DNA of 64,000 nucleotides, from the NCBI GenBank assembly GCA_021613535.1, contig CP075492.1, positions 18,662,001-18,726,000 of the forward strand, read 5' to 3'. This DNA comes from Adineta vaga (lineage: Eukaryota; Animalia; Rotifera). Below the pieces are notes generated by a model, which was not told the DNA's origin, ran no database searches, and saw only the letters and a program-made list of their open reading frames with translations. This document shows positions 39,408 through 52,412 of this stretch, one piece after another. The position numbers and the translations under genes were made by a program. The stretch's first letter is position 1. Each line of letters opens with the position of its first letter.

Positions 39408-40243
39408 AAATATTCGATCATGGTCACGACTATTGTCCTTTTCGCGATCGATGGAACATTAACTTCATGTTTGCTTCACAGATTTTTCATTCGATTATAC
39501 GTTTGTTACTTTATAATTAATAGTTTGAGGGATAGGGTGTGGCCGACAGTTAAAAGTATAGTATCACCCACACCCACCCTTTGAAACATGTCATATTAAA
39601 AAAAAAGAAATTAAGTTCTATATATAAAATATGAAGAGTCTTTGCTCTCTGTTTTCAGTTTAGAAAAAAACGTATTTGTTAAATATTGATATAATTATGA
39701 TCAGTTTTTTCTGCAAAATCGGAATATGATAAAATTTTTTCAATTTTGTGGAAAATTTTAATTTATTTCCATCAGAACCTCCAACAATTGATAAAAATGA
39801 ATTTCGAAATCAACGAATTTTAACAAGAATTTTTATTATTTTATTAATTATGTAATTCTTTAGTGAATATAACACAAACAGTAACAATCGAATCAACAAA
39901 TCTTGAACAATATGAAAAATTCTATTTAAAATATTCTCAAAGTTTAACACGTTCATGTATACCGATGCAATAATAATTGTATACAATACCACAGATGCTT
40001 TGTTCATTGTGGATGTACATAATCGAGTCTCTTCAATCAAAATATAACCATCATCAATGAAATATGATTCAATTGTAAGAAGAAAACATAAAACCCATTT
40101 CATAATAATCATGATCCAATGTGTTCGCCATGTTAATAACATTGAATGTTTATGAAAGATACTAGACAGAATGGTTGATTATTAAACCAATTTTTATGTA
40201 AACTTTAATAAGATCCGATGAAATGTAAGATAAAAATCATCAT

Positions 40244-40388
40244 CTTGAGGGTGGGTGTGGGTGTGGGTGATGGTGTTATCGTTTTCTTGAGGGTGTGGGT
40301 GTGGGTGTGGGTGTGGGTGGTGTGGGTGTGGGTGTGGGTGGGTGTGGGTGTGGGTGTGGGTAAAGCAGAGGGACACGCCCACACCCTC
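40244..40388. repeat. Expanded/duplicated telomere-like hairpin element
   Basis: Two cttgaggg starts, a long (tgtggg)n tract, and an end cacgcccacaccctc. Confidence 0.85.
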
Positions 40389-40787
40389 CGTTAATATTAT
40401 TTGTATTTGGAGCTGTACTCCTGGAAAAATATTATTTGCTACCCCGTAAAATCAAATAGCGTTCAATGTGTTAAAGTCATCTTTGCTGCTATAAGCAACT
40501 TCTGCAATTACGTTTCGAATAAACGAAATAAATTCCTTATGAGGATTGGTTCTTAATGATGGTAAGAGTAGATTTAAAATATCGATTTACCTATTTTCTT
40601 AAGGCTCGGTGCAGGTACAATGAATAATGTCATTCATACCATCTCATTTAGTCTCAATCGAAATAATTATTCTCGCCAATTTTCAAATATTATAAAACAA
40701 TAAAATGAAGAAAATGACTATGTTTATTCGTATAGAAAAAATTGTTCCGATTAAGTATAATGTGCATTAAAGTGAATACAACGTTCA

Positions 40788-41480
40788 TTAATCAGGTAAA
40801 TCTTTTTTCCATTGAAGTGTAACTCGTTCCGGCCATGAGTCTTTCAGACGTCGATGTATTGCATTGTAAGAAAATGCTCTAGCTGCTCGTAGATCTTTAT
40901 CGATAGCTTTTCGATTTCGAGAAAACAATTCCATAATTGAAGCGGTCGAAATATATTCACAATATGCAAGATTCATGTGGTACCTATTGTTTTCACGACA
41001 CAATAAACACTTTGCATAATAAATCTTAATCTGCTGTTGTGATGACGAATCATGATATGTTTGTTGAGATAAATAAATGTCTCCTTTATCATCATCCAAT
41101 TCATCAAAGTTAAAATCAATGTTAAAAATTTTTTGCGTATCTTCATTTGACTTGGAGTGGATAAATGTTGAAAGTTCTGCAAGCAACTTTTGTTTGATAT
41201 TCACATCTGACATTTTTTGAAGGCAACTCTCAATCTGTTCTGCTGACAGGTCACACACACATATATGAGTGATGTTTGGTTCCTTGTCTTTTAAGAAATT
41301 CAATAGAAAAGGAAGAGCGAATCCCCCTGTGGCGAAAGTCAGAACCGTACCAAGAAAAACATTGGGCAAGGATATTCTTGATACCAGAGAGTCTTCGGGT
41401 TTCTCGGCATCGTAGATAGGCAAAACAAATTTGTTTCTCTCATCTGATGTTTCAATGGCATCAAAAAATTGCGACCACAT
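40788..41480 (-). CDS. Uncharacterised protein, paralog A
   Basis: 230-aa intronless ORF, collinear with 42973-43644 (LPIYD, LDD.KGDI, YYAKCL, NLAY, SRNR.AI, SWP..VTLQ.K..LPD). Confidence 0.8.
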   Translation of the reverse strand: MWSQFFDAIETSDERNKFVLPIYDAEKPEDSLVSRISLPNVFLGTVLTFATGGFALPFLLNFLKDKEPNITHICVCDLSAEQIESCLQKMSDVNIKQKLLAELSTFIHSKSNEDTQKIFNIDFNFDELDDDKGDIYLSQQTYHDSSSQQQIKIYYAKCLLCRENNRYHMNLAYCEYISTASIMELFSRNRKAIDKDLRAARAFSYNAIHRRLKDSWPERVTLQWKKDLPD

Positions 41481-42972
41481 TGTTTGTATTTTTATAAAAA
41501 TTCGAAGAGTCGTACCAGAAAGAATTATCTAAGTAGAAAATATGGTTTCAGCAAGAATAAAATGATATGAAAACAAATTACAAACATATAGATAAGTACC
41601 CGAAGTAGAACGAATGGTAAGCAAACTATTGTAAACGTCGAATATATTCGCAAGAAAATAGTATCAATTTCTATTGCTGAAAAACGTATCGCATCTTATT
41701 ATTCCGGAAACCATAATTAAAATTTGAACAGAATATCTCAAAATGGTTAACAGTATAAAAAAGATTTATTATGCCAGTATTAACTCGCTAATAACGCAAC
41801 ATCGGCATATCTATTGTTAAATATAATGTAACTTTTATTTAATGAGACTCTTTAAATAAAAACGAATTAATAAATAATGAAAACATATGCTTCTATTTTT
41901 ATTTTTCAAAGAATACTCAGTAGCCTTTTAATAGAATATCCTCTTATCTTAACACTATTTTGGCACATACTATTTGCGTAGTAGGAGTAAAAGCATATTT
42001 AAATCTTAAAAAAGTACATGAGAACAACTAGATAAAAGCTTTGAAATTTTCATGTCAACTAAAATCCAATATACTGCTATGAATTAGCAAGCGAAATACT
42101 TTACTTGATTCAATGCAATGGAAAGAGCTAAACAGAGGTTCTCAGGAAGACAGTCCTTGCATTGAATTATACTAGGATTCCGAAGAAAACGTGAATGAGA
42201 TTTATATCAGATAAAAGTGTCCACTAAAAGAAAAAAAGGAAAAAGATATCACTATGATATTATTTCATAAATGATAAGAAACGTATATGGACGTTTTAAG
42301 TATATAAAAATACGAAGATATGAAAATATTCTCAGATATCAACGGCAAAAAAACCCATTATTAAGCAATAAAGGGAAAAAAGAGATAAAAATATGTGAAT
42401 ATGGTAATGTCCATTCGCACCAAGGGAAAAATATCATTCAGCCAGAAAGCAAAAAGACATGACGCTATAGAAGAAAATGCTCTATGTCGAATTAAAAACG
42501 GTTTATCTTGATACTTACAAATAAGTTGCATCTTACAAAAGCTAGTAAAAGTGCTTTAGATTACAATAGTCGGCAAGAATAGAGTAGATCAAATTAATAC
42601 TAATTCAAGTTCTACATGTAAAGTGAGATCTTGTCTGAAAATAGTTTTTACTAGATCTGTGTTGACATCTATTTTGGCTTTTACTTGAGAAAGTTCATTG
42701 AATCTCTGACAAATCATTAGCTTTTGAATTCATCAACGATCATAAAACATCAAATCAACGAATGAATTCTCGGTTAGAAAAATTTAAATTTATGAGTTTT
42801 TCTTACACATTTTATTTAGAAACAGCTGGTGAAAGGATAACAAATAGTTCGCAACTTTCTTTCATAGAAAAAGTAGAATTAAAATTTACTAAAGCTGTTA
42901 AACACAAACATGCGAGAAGAAGTTCGAGAGTATAATTGAATAAGCAGATATGCAACAGAGCTTAATACTTAT

Positions 42973-43644
42973 TCAATTAGTATCAGGCAACACTGATTTT
43001 AGTTGCAAAGTGACTTGACGAGGCCACGATTGTTCCAGTTGACGATGTAATTTATTATATGCTAATGCTTTGGCAACTTGAAGATCTTGATTAATAGCGT
43101 CACGATTTCGACTCAGAGCATCGACACTATACAATGGAATCTCCGCAACATAGTCATAATATGCAAGGTTTATATCGTATTTGCCGTTTATACGGCGTAT
43201 TAAACATTTTGCATAATAAACGTTGATTTTATGTCGTTCTGATGAATCTTGATACGTTTGTTCATTCACATTGATATCACCTTTTGTGTCATCTAATGTA
43301 GAAAAGTCGAAATCAAGGTTATCAAAGAGTTTTTGCATATTCTCGTTTGATTTATTCATAATATATGGTAAAACTGAGGCAGCTAATTTTTTTCGTAGTC
43401 CTTCATTTGAAACGGAACCCAAACGATTGACAACTTCTCGTGCTGTTAAACCACATGCACTCACATGGCTTAAATTGTTTTCCTGTTTGTCAGGAGGATT
43501 CAATAATGGACCAAAAATCCAGGATCCGACTTTAGTTGCAGCACCCAGCGCACTATAAGATTTTTTTTTCTCCAGCTCTTGTTGAATCAAATGTACATCG
43601 TATATGGGTAAAGTAAAGAGTTCAAGAGTAGTTGTTGTAGCCAT
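42973..43644 (-). CDS. Uncharacterised protein, paralog B
   Basis: 223-aa intronless ORF with the same conserved blocks as paralog A. Confidence 0.8.
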   Translation of the reverse strand: MATTTTLELFTLPIYDVHLIQQELEKKKSYSALGAATKVGSWIFGPLLNPPDKQENNLSHVSACGLTAREVVNRLGSVSNEGLRKKLAASVLPYIMNKSNENMQKLFDNLDFDFSTLDDTKGDINVNEQTYQDSSERHKINVYYAKCLIRRINGKYDINLAYYDYVAEIPLYSVDALSRNRDAINQDLQVAKALAYNKLHRQLEQSWPRQVTLQLKSVLPDTN

Positions 43645-44049
43645 ATTTTCACGATTTTGCCGTTACAATGTCTCTAGAATATAAACGTGCAGCCTGCATG
43701 GCCAATAATAACGTTTATTTTTATACTCTTAAAATTATGCATGAATTCGGTAAAATCCAACAAAACATTGTCATGAAGGATAAAATAACAGTAATCGGAG
43801 TGACGTAAATGTGCAAATACCCACGTGAATATTGATATCATCAAGATAAGTGAAAGGAGAAATCTTTCGTTCTGTCATATAAAATAAGCTATTCTATAAA
43901 AAGACAGTCAAATTGGGTATTTTCATTGCTGCTTTACTCATATATTAATACAATCGGCAGGAACGACTCGTCTCCCAATCATATACATTTGTGTGTAAGA
44001 AGGAAACATTACTTCAAACAACTGTTCTCGCTTCTCACTGTTCAAAACG

Positions 44050-44757
44050 ATGACGTCAAATATGTATAATAAAGCAATGTCCTACATTATACCTACGAAT
44101 TTAAGTGAGGAGGAAATCACGTATGTGGAAGCTCTGCATTTATCGGCGAGGGAAGTGATGAATCGACTTTCAACAATAAATGAACCAGATTTACGGAAGC
44201 AGTTAGCTCAAAAAGTTCTTCCCTTACTTAAAACACCCACAGCGTCCAACAATAAACAAATACTCGATATTGATATTAATACTAAAGAAACGATTTGTTA
44301 TGCTAGCTGTTCATTACAGTTCGTTGATGGGAAATTCGACATGTACTTGGCTTACTACTATTCAACTGGTGTAATATCTACAGCCTTCCAGGCATTACAT
44401 CAACGAATACAAAGTATATGGTCTAATAAACTTGAAAAGCATGGCGATAGAGAGATTACTGATACATGCACAACAAAGGTGATCAGTGATAACAATTCAC
44501 ATGTAGGTGATGACAACGATGTTAGGAATGCAAGCGCAACAAAGGTGACCAGTGATAACAATTCACATGTAGGTGATGACAACGATGTTAGGAATGCAAG
44601 CGCAACAAAGGTGACCAGTGATAACAATTCACATGTAGGTGATGACAACGAGGTTAAGAATGCAAGCGTAACAAAGATGAGCAGTGATAACGGTTTAAGC
44701 ACAGATAATGTTGTGGATGGAAGTTTGAAGCAAAGCGCGTCTACCATGAAACCCTAG
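44050..44757 (+). CDS. Uncharacterised protein, divergent paralog C with C-terminal 21-aa repeats
   Basis: LSAREVMNRL, LRKQLA..VLP, YASC, FDMYLAYY, LHQRIQSIW align to paralog B; tail is encoded by a 63-bp tandem repeat. Confidence 0.7.
   Translation: MTSNMYNKAMSYIIPTNLSEEEITYVEALHLSAREVMNRLSTINEPDLRKQLAQKVLPLLKTPTASNNKQILDIDINTKETICYASCSLQFVDGKFDMYLAYYYSTGVISTAFQALHQRIQSIWSNKLEKHGDREITDTCTTKVISDNNSHVGDDNDVRNASATKVTSDNNSHVGDDNDVRNASATKVTSDNNSHVGDDNEVKNASVTKMSSDNGLSTDNVVDGSLKQSASTMKP
44468..44692. repeat. 63-bp coding tandem repeat, ~3.5 copies
   Basis: caacaaaggtga(t/c)cagtgataacaattcacatgtaggtgatgacaacga(t/g)gtta(g/a)gaatgcaagcg. Confidence 0.9.
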
Positions 44758-46400
44758 TGTTCGATTGCATTGAACGTGCTATTTTGTATTTCTACTTTCT
44801 TAAATTGCCGTTTTCTCGAATTTCATCAGATAGCAAAAAATTATTGTAAACCAACGGGGGATTATTCTTGACTAAATGATTAATATCATTAAATTGTCTT
44901 TTTTCTAATCATCATGAAGATGTGAGTGTGAATGCAGAAGAAATACCAATATTCTCATCTTAATTGTTCTCTTTAAATGATATTTCACAGATCGCTTAAC
45001 AATGAAATATATTGACACAGCACAGAAACATGGCTAGTCATACATAAAAAGGGCGAGAGTACAGAAAAAATGCCCTCGTACTGTCGCCTTACCATCTAAA
45101 CATCAGACGCAGGATAAATGCGTTCAGACGCAGTCAGAATACTTTTTAGCTGTATTCAGATGCGTCTGTTGAGAGGATCGCATTTACACGCAGTCTTCAC
45201 TCAAAAAGAAAAACGCATCTGGACGGTACTAATTCTTTGAAACTACGTTTCAATGCGTTTGTTTTTAGTAGCTTAGACTGACTTCCTCTCCAAAACTACT
45301 GATTCTCTGCCTTTTTAAGTATAGTTAAACAGTCTCGTTTATGTAAAGACGTTCAACTACAAAATATTCTGTCAGCTACAGAATAGTTAGATGGAAATCA
45401 TCATTTATAAGTATGGAAAGATATTCCCAATGACCAGTTGATATCTGTTCTTGAAAAAAATCTCTCACATCACTTGAAAGTCATTGGTTATAAGTATCTG
45501 CTTCATCCGAATCTCATTGAGTATTTTTTATTGTAAATGAAATCGCAAATATGGATAGAGAAAGCAAAAAATACAAATTTGTTTGAAATTGCATTAGATT
45601 ATTGGAAAAAAGTAAAACGATGAGTTGTATTTCCTTCAAAACGACACAAAGTGAACATCGTTGTCTTCATCTGTATGAGTGTACACGTCCAGTCAGGTGC
45701 ATATCCTTTTCTATAATAATATGTTTCGAGCAAGTACAGCTTACAAGGGAACATTCCCAGGTTTTGGAGTGATTTCACCGCGAGACCTAGTGCCCTTAGT
45801 AGATCACAATGAGCTATATCTATGGTCAAAAAAAGTTCGTGCCCTATTTTGTTTCTGAGAAGAACGAGCGTTTCTACTGTCATAATTGTAAAGGATGTGT
45901 CGCATCACTTTATATATTATCTCAACTATTTTAAGTCAAATAAAACTCAAACTTGTCTCGAAAATAGCAATCTTATAATGACAGATGGCATGAGTATGTG
46001 AGTTGTACACACATTTAAAAAGTAGACTTACACATCTTATAATATAAATAAAGGGTGGGCCAGAAGTCCTGACTCGATTTGAATAACTCATTTTTCTAAA
46101 GTGACATACGTGATTATAAATCTGTCTCTGGAATGAAAAGATGCAGTAGGACACGCTCTACAAAACGATTTTTGACTGACCTTGCTATAGCTCATATAGA
46201 AAGAAAGTTATGAGCCTTGAAATGTTTTTCGTAAAAAATAAAAAATAAATGTGAGGCCAGACTATACGGGGGTGCTTCCACTAAAAGTCTCATAGTTTCC
46301 TTGTAACAAAAGATTTTCCATTTGAGTTTCTTCTGTTGTGATGAGAGATAATTGCTCTTTTATAGCCAGCTACAACAACAACAACACTTTAATCGTATTT

Positions 46401-46488
46401 CTTGAGGGTGTGGGTGTGGGTGAGTGTGGGTGTGGGTGGGTGTGGGTGGGTGTGGGTGTCAGTGAAGAAGATATACTCACACCCTCAA
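46401..46488. repeat. Telomere-like hairpin element (type copy)
   Basis: cttgagggtgtg-(tgtggg)n-gtcagtgaagaagatatact-cacaccctcaag; 12-bp perfect terminal inverted repeat. Confidence 0.85.
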
Positions 46489-46519
46489 GAAATACATTTT
46501 TTCTCCTAATAAAACAAAG

Positions 46520-46916
46520 GGAGAGTTTCCTCAAATCCTCTATTCAATCCCTCAAATGTTACCCTGTTTATATAGTAACAATCAAATGAAACGTTACGGT
46601 CTTGCAGATGATACTGGAAAGTTGCTCTGTCGTTTAGAAATAGTATCTTCGACTGATTCTTGTATAATATATAGTTCAGACTCCGGATATGATTTCAGAT
46701 TTGAAGAATCAATTTTGAAACAAATTAATTGCACTATATACACATTTGACTGTACAAGTTTTCCGCCGCAGGGAAAATACGACCGGTTACATTTTTATAG
46801 AATTTGTATAGATGAAAATTCTACCATGCAGCGTTATATTTACCCAGAATCGGGTATGTACTTAAATAACTCATTGTTGACTGTAATGATCTATATGAAC
46901 TTTGATGAGATCATGA
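46520..46916 (+). pseudogene. Internal fragment of a METTL24/Methyltransf_22-like methyltransferase
   Basis: KRYG..DDTGKLLC, CIIYS..SGYDFRFE, CTIYTFDCT, LHFYRICI; bounded on both sides by TGTGGG hairpin elements. Confidence 0.65.
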
Positions 46917-47090
46917 AGAGGGTGTGGGTGTGGGTGTGGGTGGGTGAGGGTGTGGGTGGGTGTGGGTGGGTGTGGGTGTGGGTGTGGGTGGGTGGGTGAG
47001 GGTGTGGGTGGGTGTGGGTGGTGTGGGTGTGGGTGGGTGTGGGTGCGAGAGTGGGCTTTACATCTTATTCTTAACCACCCACACCCACCA
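46917..47090. repeat. Expanded telomere-like hairpin element (~125 bp G-rich arm)
   Basis: (gggtgt/gggt)n followed by accacccacacccacca. Confidence 0.85.
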
Positions 47091-47453
47091 TCTATCATTT
47101 CATACAAAAAGATTAATGATTTCTTTGTATAACGAAGAAACCGATCCAATCGATAAATTATTTTTCTAATGAAATAGACTAGATCGTAGATTTTTAGTCG
47201 ATTTATTATATTGTAAGTAAAGAGTCCTATCTGATATGAATATCAGCTATTTTCTACATGGAAGAGAGGAAGCGAACATCTGTATATGTCTTTTGTTGCG
47301 AGTTGCATAGATTACATCGGCCGTCAAAATTGCTGACGAAGTTGCAATTTCGACGGCCAACATAACTTCGATACACCACATATATATATATACATATGTG
47401 CATAAGAGACAATTGTTTAAGTAATCATATATTTTATTATACTTATTTACATA

Positions 47454-49005
47454 ATGGATGAAATCTTTTCTCTCGATATTCTTTATGTTGATGAATACAT
47501 TCCAGAGCAACTCTGCCAACTTGTTCAAAATGGTTTATGTTCTCAATTAGATACTCGATTGTATGAACTTTCAAATTCTGCCGAATATCTGACAGCATTA
47601 ACTTGGCATTATGGAGAACAATTAAGTTTATTGATGAGTGCAACTCTCAATGGATATGATGATATTGTTCGTGTACTTTTAACTCATTGTGATTCAAAAC
47701 TTCAAATTGAATTAAAAGGACAATTAATTCTTTATGATGAAACGTTAGTCAAAGGTGTAACAGCACTTTATTGTGCATGTTATCGAGGACATTTTACTGT
47801 GGCAAAAACTTTAATCGAATTTGGTCAAGCTAATGTTAGTCAAGAAACAGAACGTCATCCATATTATCCACTTTTTCTTCATGCTACGGTAATGAATCGT
47901 CAAGATATAATTCATTTTCTTCTGGAAAACAAATACGCGGATATAAATGAAACGAAATCGAATGATTCTGATGAATCAAGTGCATTGATATTGGCTGTAC
48001 GTCAAAATCGCACATCTCTTGTCAAATATTTGATAGACAACGGTGCTGATATCAATTATTGTAATCGAAATAGAACATCTAGAGGTTTAACAGCAGTCAT
48101 GTACGCTACGTGATATGATAATGTAGAGATACTTCGACTACTTTATAATGCTGGTGCAAATATTAATATAAAATATAATACAGGAGACACTTTATTCATG
48201 AGAGCTGCTAAATACAATATATTATTCAATTGTTAGTTTCCTACATGAACATTCGATAGATAATACTATAGAAGATCTTGAATTAGCTGCTTGTTATTTA
48301 TTTGATATTTCATCTTCCATTGAGAATATCAATGTAGTATTTAATCTTTTACGAACTGCTTTACAACAACGTCAATTATTACACATAGAAAAAATCAGTA
48401 TTGAACCAATGTATATTTATAATAATCAACAAGAATGTCAAACAATTGATGAACTTGATCGTATTAAAAATGATCGTAATAGAATTTTTATTGAAATATC
48501 ACTTATGCGAGAACGTATTTATGCATCTAAAAAAATATAAAAATTATAGAATTATTAAATGATTATGGTGATCAACTGGCAAATAAGAAAGAACCTAATA
48601 AGTCTTGCTGTTTATATTCGTAGATTACCAAACGAATCTGCACTTCGATTGTTATTGATTTGTGGAAGTCATTGGCTTGATTTCAATACAACTGAACCTA
48701 TTCATTATGATACACCATTTCATATCATATGCAAACGAGATCAAAATAAAAAAATAATTAAATTACTTTTAAATTCTGGTTGTCACATGGATTGTGTAAA
48801 TAAAAGTGGTAAAATTCCGTTAGATTATATAAATGATAAAAAAATTCAAACATTATTTACAACTCCATTTCCTCTCAAATGTTTATGTGCACGAATTATT
48901 GTTAATAAATATTTGTATACAACTACTTTGAATAAATTAACATCAACATTGAAGAAATTCATTTTCTTACATGATAGTTTACATATTGATTTAATCTTGA
49001 AATAA
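47454..49005 (+). pseudogene. Fem-1-like ankyrin-repeat protein, disrupted
   Basis: GVTALYCACYRGH..VAKTLIE, ankyrin repeats, stop at 48111-48113, frameshifts, DTPFHI, C-terminal LKCLCARII box. Confidence 0.8.
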
Positions 49006-49518
49006 AAGAGTTTATTTTTGAGGGTGTGGGTGTTGGTGTGGGTCTGTCGCGAGTGAGAGGAACATCCATTCTTCTCGGATGGCTCAGGATTCAAAGATCG
49101 TAGAAAAAAAGCAGGAAAAAATTGACCATGACATCTGACGTTGATAAGTTCGATCGTCCAGATATCAGGGATCATAAAATCGGCCTCTCAGATTTTGGAG
49201 CGTGAGGTGGAGTATAGTAGGTCTAACATGGGCAGGCCAAGTCAACGAAAAAGTCAGCATGCTTAGACCTCTGACACATAACACTCGGATTTTAATCTGA
49301 CATTTCCGCATTTATTTTCGAAGCTGACGCTGCTATGGACTTACAATTTATTCTTTCAAAATTTTTCTTTAGAAAAAGAGAACATTAATATAATTTAATT
49401 CTTTCACTATAATACAAAGATATTTTTAATTTAAATGGACTCTCTCTCTTTTCTGGAATAATACTTTTACAAAAAAGAAAACTTATTGAATAAAAAGATT
49501 GTTTTTTGTTTCTATGTA

Positions 49519-50109
49519 TTAATTATCCATTTGGTCTGTCATATAAATACAAAACTAGAATTAAATGTACGTATAAATAAAATATATGATAATGAAAATA
49601 ATTTACTTCATCAAAGATAATATAACCACTATGATTTCTATCAATTGAATTAAATTTTAGTTGTAATAGTTGTGTATTTAAATCAAGTAACTCATGACCT
49701 TTTTTAAATTCATCAAAACTTATTCGATGATCATCATTGACATCTAATTGTTGAAATAAATTTTTTAATTTATCATAACGATTAAGCCAACGAATTAATG
49801 TTGAAAACTCATTAAATTCAATCTGACCATTCTTAAGAGAAAAACAATAATATTGTTTTTTTATTATTAATTATTATTTCTTCTTACTCCACTTTTATCA
49901 GCATTTTTATAAGCTCGTATTATTGCATTTTTATGTTTAATAATATGTGGATAATGTTCTTTGATAGCTGTTTGAATTTCTGCTAATGATAATTTTTCAT
50001 CTCCATTATCAAATGTATCGAATAACTAAATTTTATTTTAATAATAAAAATAAATTTATTGATAATTACTTACTTTTCTCAATTCTTTTTCATTAAGATT
50101 TTTTGACAT
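49519..50109 (-). CDS. Small EF-hand calcium-binding protein, 4 exons (absent from the ORF track)
   Basis: MSKNLNEKELRK / LFDTFDNGDEKLSLAE...ADKS / NGQIEFNEF...LDVNDDHRISFDEF...IDRNHSGYIIFDE / FCIYMTDQMDN*. Confidence 0.8.
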
Positions 50110-51640
50110 ATTAGAATAATTTTATCGTAGTATTTTTACTTTTAATAACGAAAAACTCTTGTATAAATAGTCGACGAAATATTGATTATGAGAAAAAGCT
50201 TATTTTCTTTTAGAAATAAAGAATAGATGAATTATTTTTATGCGTCATTTCCATTTTAATACAGACAACATAGTAAGAGAAAAACCCCATCTTTAACAGT
50301 TTGTTATTTACATAATTCTTATTTATGTGGAAAAATTCACAGAATAATGAAAGACGGCAGAAATATCCGTTCCCACACGGGGTGGTGCGGCGGAGCTCGA
50401 AAAAAAAGAGAACTGAAAGAACGTGTTTTGAATTATATTTATCATCACGACTAGTAGAATTAAAACGAAAAATAGAACCAAGCGTAAAAAGTACTTCTAT
50501 AATTCATCAAATAAAATTACTAAATTGACGAATAACTATTTTGGAAATCATAAAGACAATTCAATTCATTTGATTCTCTTCATATTCTTTTTTACAATAA
50601 CGTTCGTCGAAGATGACTCGCTTAATCCTTGACTGAGTTCTTGATAAAAGATAAAACGAGTAACTATCATTTTTCGGATTCGCTTACCCCTTTCTTGACA
50701 GAACTTAAAGGGTGAATCATAAGTCGTAGTACCTCTCAGAAAAAATGTTCAAACTTTGCCATCTTATTCTTTAAAATTGGACCAATATAAGAGAGAAACT
50801 TTATCTCATCAGATTCGGCAATAGTAAAATAAATAATATGAAGTTTTGTTATTTTTCGAAAAACAAAGCTGCATGATTAAAATATCCTTCATTGTGTAGA
50901 TTGTAGAGCTTTTCACGCTGCATCCACAGCAGTATTAGTGGCGTTATCATGGTAGAGCAAGGTTGGGCTGAACCCAACCAAGCGCCTTTTTCTGGTGACG
51001 CCACTAAACAGTATATTTTGTTTTCTTTACAGAACGCATCCTATTGTTGAAAAGTAAAACGTAAAAATGACCCATTTACAAGTATTATGCACTGATTTAA
51101 ATTTTGATAATGAGGAAAACAATTTTCCTACAATATAACCTATATTTTAGGATATGGGGTCTATATAATTGATATATAGTACGAAGATCTGTAGTGGTAA
51201 TAACTACAAATAAATAAAAGCTGCCTTTCAGTTTGCTTTCGACACCACTTATACTGAAAACGGTCTATATTTTCGAGAGAGCTTCAACAACGTCATGAGA
51301 AACTGAATAAATTTATTTTTCAGAAAAATTCAGTAATTTTTTTCTTTTCGCCTACTCAGACAGAAGATAAACAAAAAATGGAAAATTTCTCATCATTTGT
51401 ATTTCTACGTCAATGAATCACGCTATGTCAAAGAAATAAGGATGATGGAGTGTATAACGAGTTGAAAAAAAAAGCATATTCACTTTGTAAAAGTGCAATT
51501 GGACGTTTATCATTAAGACCTAGACTTTAGCTTTATTTACCGTTAAATCTTATCGTTTTATAGTGAACTTCAAGATGTGTATTATTATTTTCTAATTAAA
51601 TATGTCAGATTTAACAATGTCTGTATGATTCTGTTACATT

Positions 51641-52412
51641 TTATTGATTTGTTGACATATTTTCATTAATAACTTCTATGTCATTACAAGCCGATGTATC
51701 CGCCGTCAATTCATTGGGAGTGGCATCGGTACCCTCACATGGTGGATCATATGAAATGTTAAACATTTCCCTATACTCTTGAGATGTTTTGCCTCTAACC
51801 ATATATGCAATTGTTTTACAACCGACACTGACTAATGATTTGATTCCAAGATAATTCGATGCCTATTCTTAATAATAAAATTCTATTCAATGTGCATAGA
51901 AATATAGAATAAAAAATTTAGCATAATAATATCGAAAAGTGTTCCATCTTTAGCAGTAAATTGTTGCGTAAAATTTAAATCCCATTCACTGATATCATCA
52001 GCTCTTAATATAAAATATTTTGTTGTTCTATTTCTTCAAGCAGAAATCTTCACAATCATTACCGTTTAGATTCATAAATATCCCTATTTGGATCATCATC
52101 ATCATCATCATCAAATTCTGGTTGAAGATCATTTTTATGATGATTGCAAAACTCAATAATCTAAGAATAAAATGAAACAGTTGATCAAAGTAAAAATTCA
52201 AATAAACTTACATGTCTTAAAAAGACACTGTTAACTTTGGATAAAGGCACAGATCCACTAAAACCTTCTTCAATTGGGCAAAAGCATAACAATTGAATCG
52301 AAAAGATGAAATACTTACCATCAGAATATAGTTTTAATATTGATGATTGTTGTGCAATATTATCATCAATTTCAAATTCTTCTCCATCATTCGATACGAC
52401 TTTGAATACCAT
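51641..52412 (-). CDS. SKP1: Skp1-like protein, multi-exon
   Basis: VVSNDGEEFEID, VPLSKVNS, IIEFCNHH, DDISEWD..F, LFDII, ASNYLGIKSL..GCKTIAYMVRGKT..YREMFNI. The last donor site looks non-canonical. Confidence 0.85.

Noticed and set aside
39790-40150. Gene for ORF 39810-40142 (-)
   Set aside because: No recognisable domain. The plus strand has only a weak decayed remnant (TQTVTIESTNLEQYEKFYLKYSQSL), too degraded to call.
45045-45235. Hairpin and cagacgca repeats as a MITE or ncRNA
   Set aside because: Imperfect inverted ends, a single copy in the window, and no TSD established.
46917-47045. True chromosome end
   Set aside because: The tract is short, degenerate and internal, and is followed by a C-rich arm and more genes.
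40194-47169. His-Pro / Val-Trp-Gly rich ORFs (40194, 46338, 46871, 46944, 46960)
   Set aside because: They are translations of (TGTGGG)n tracts.
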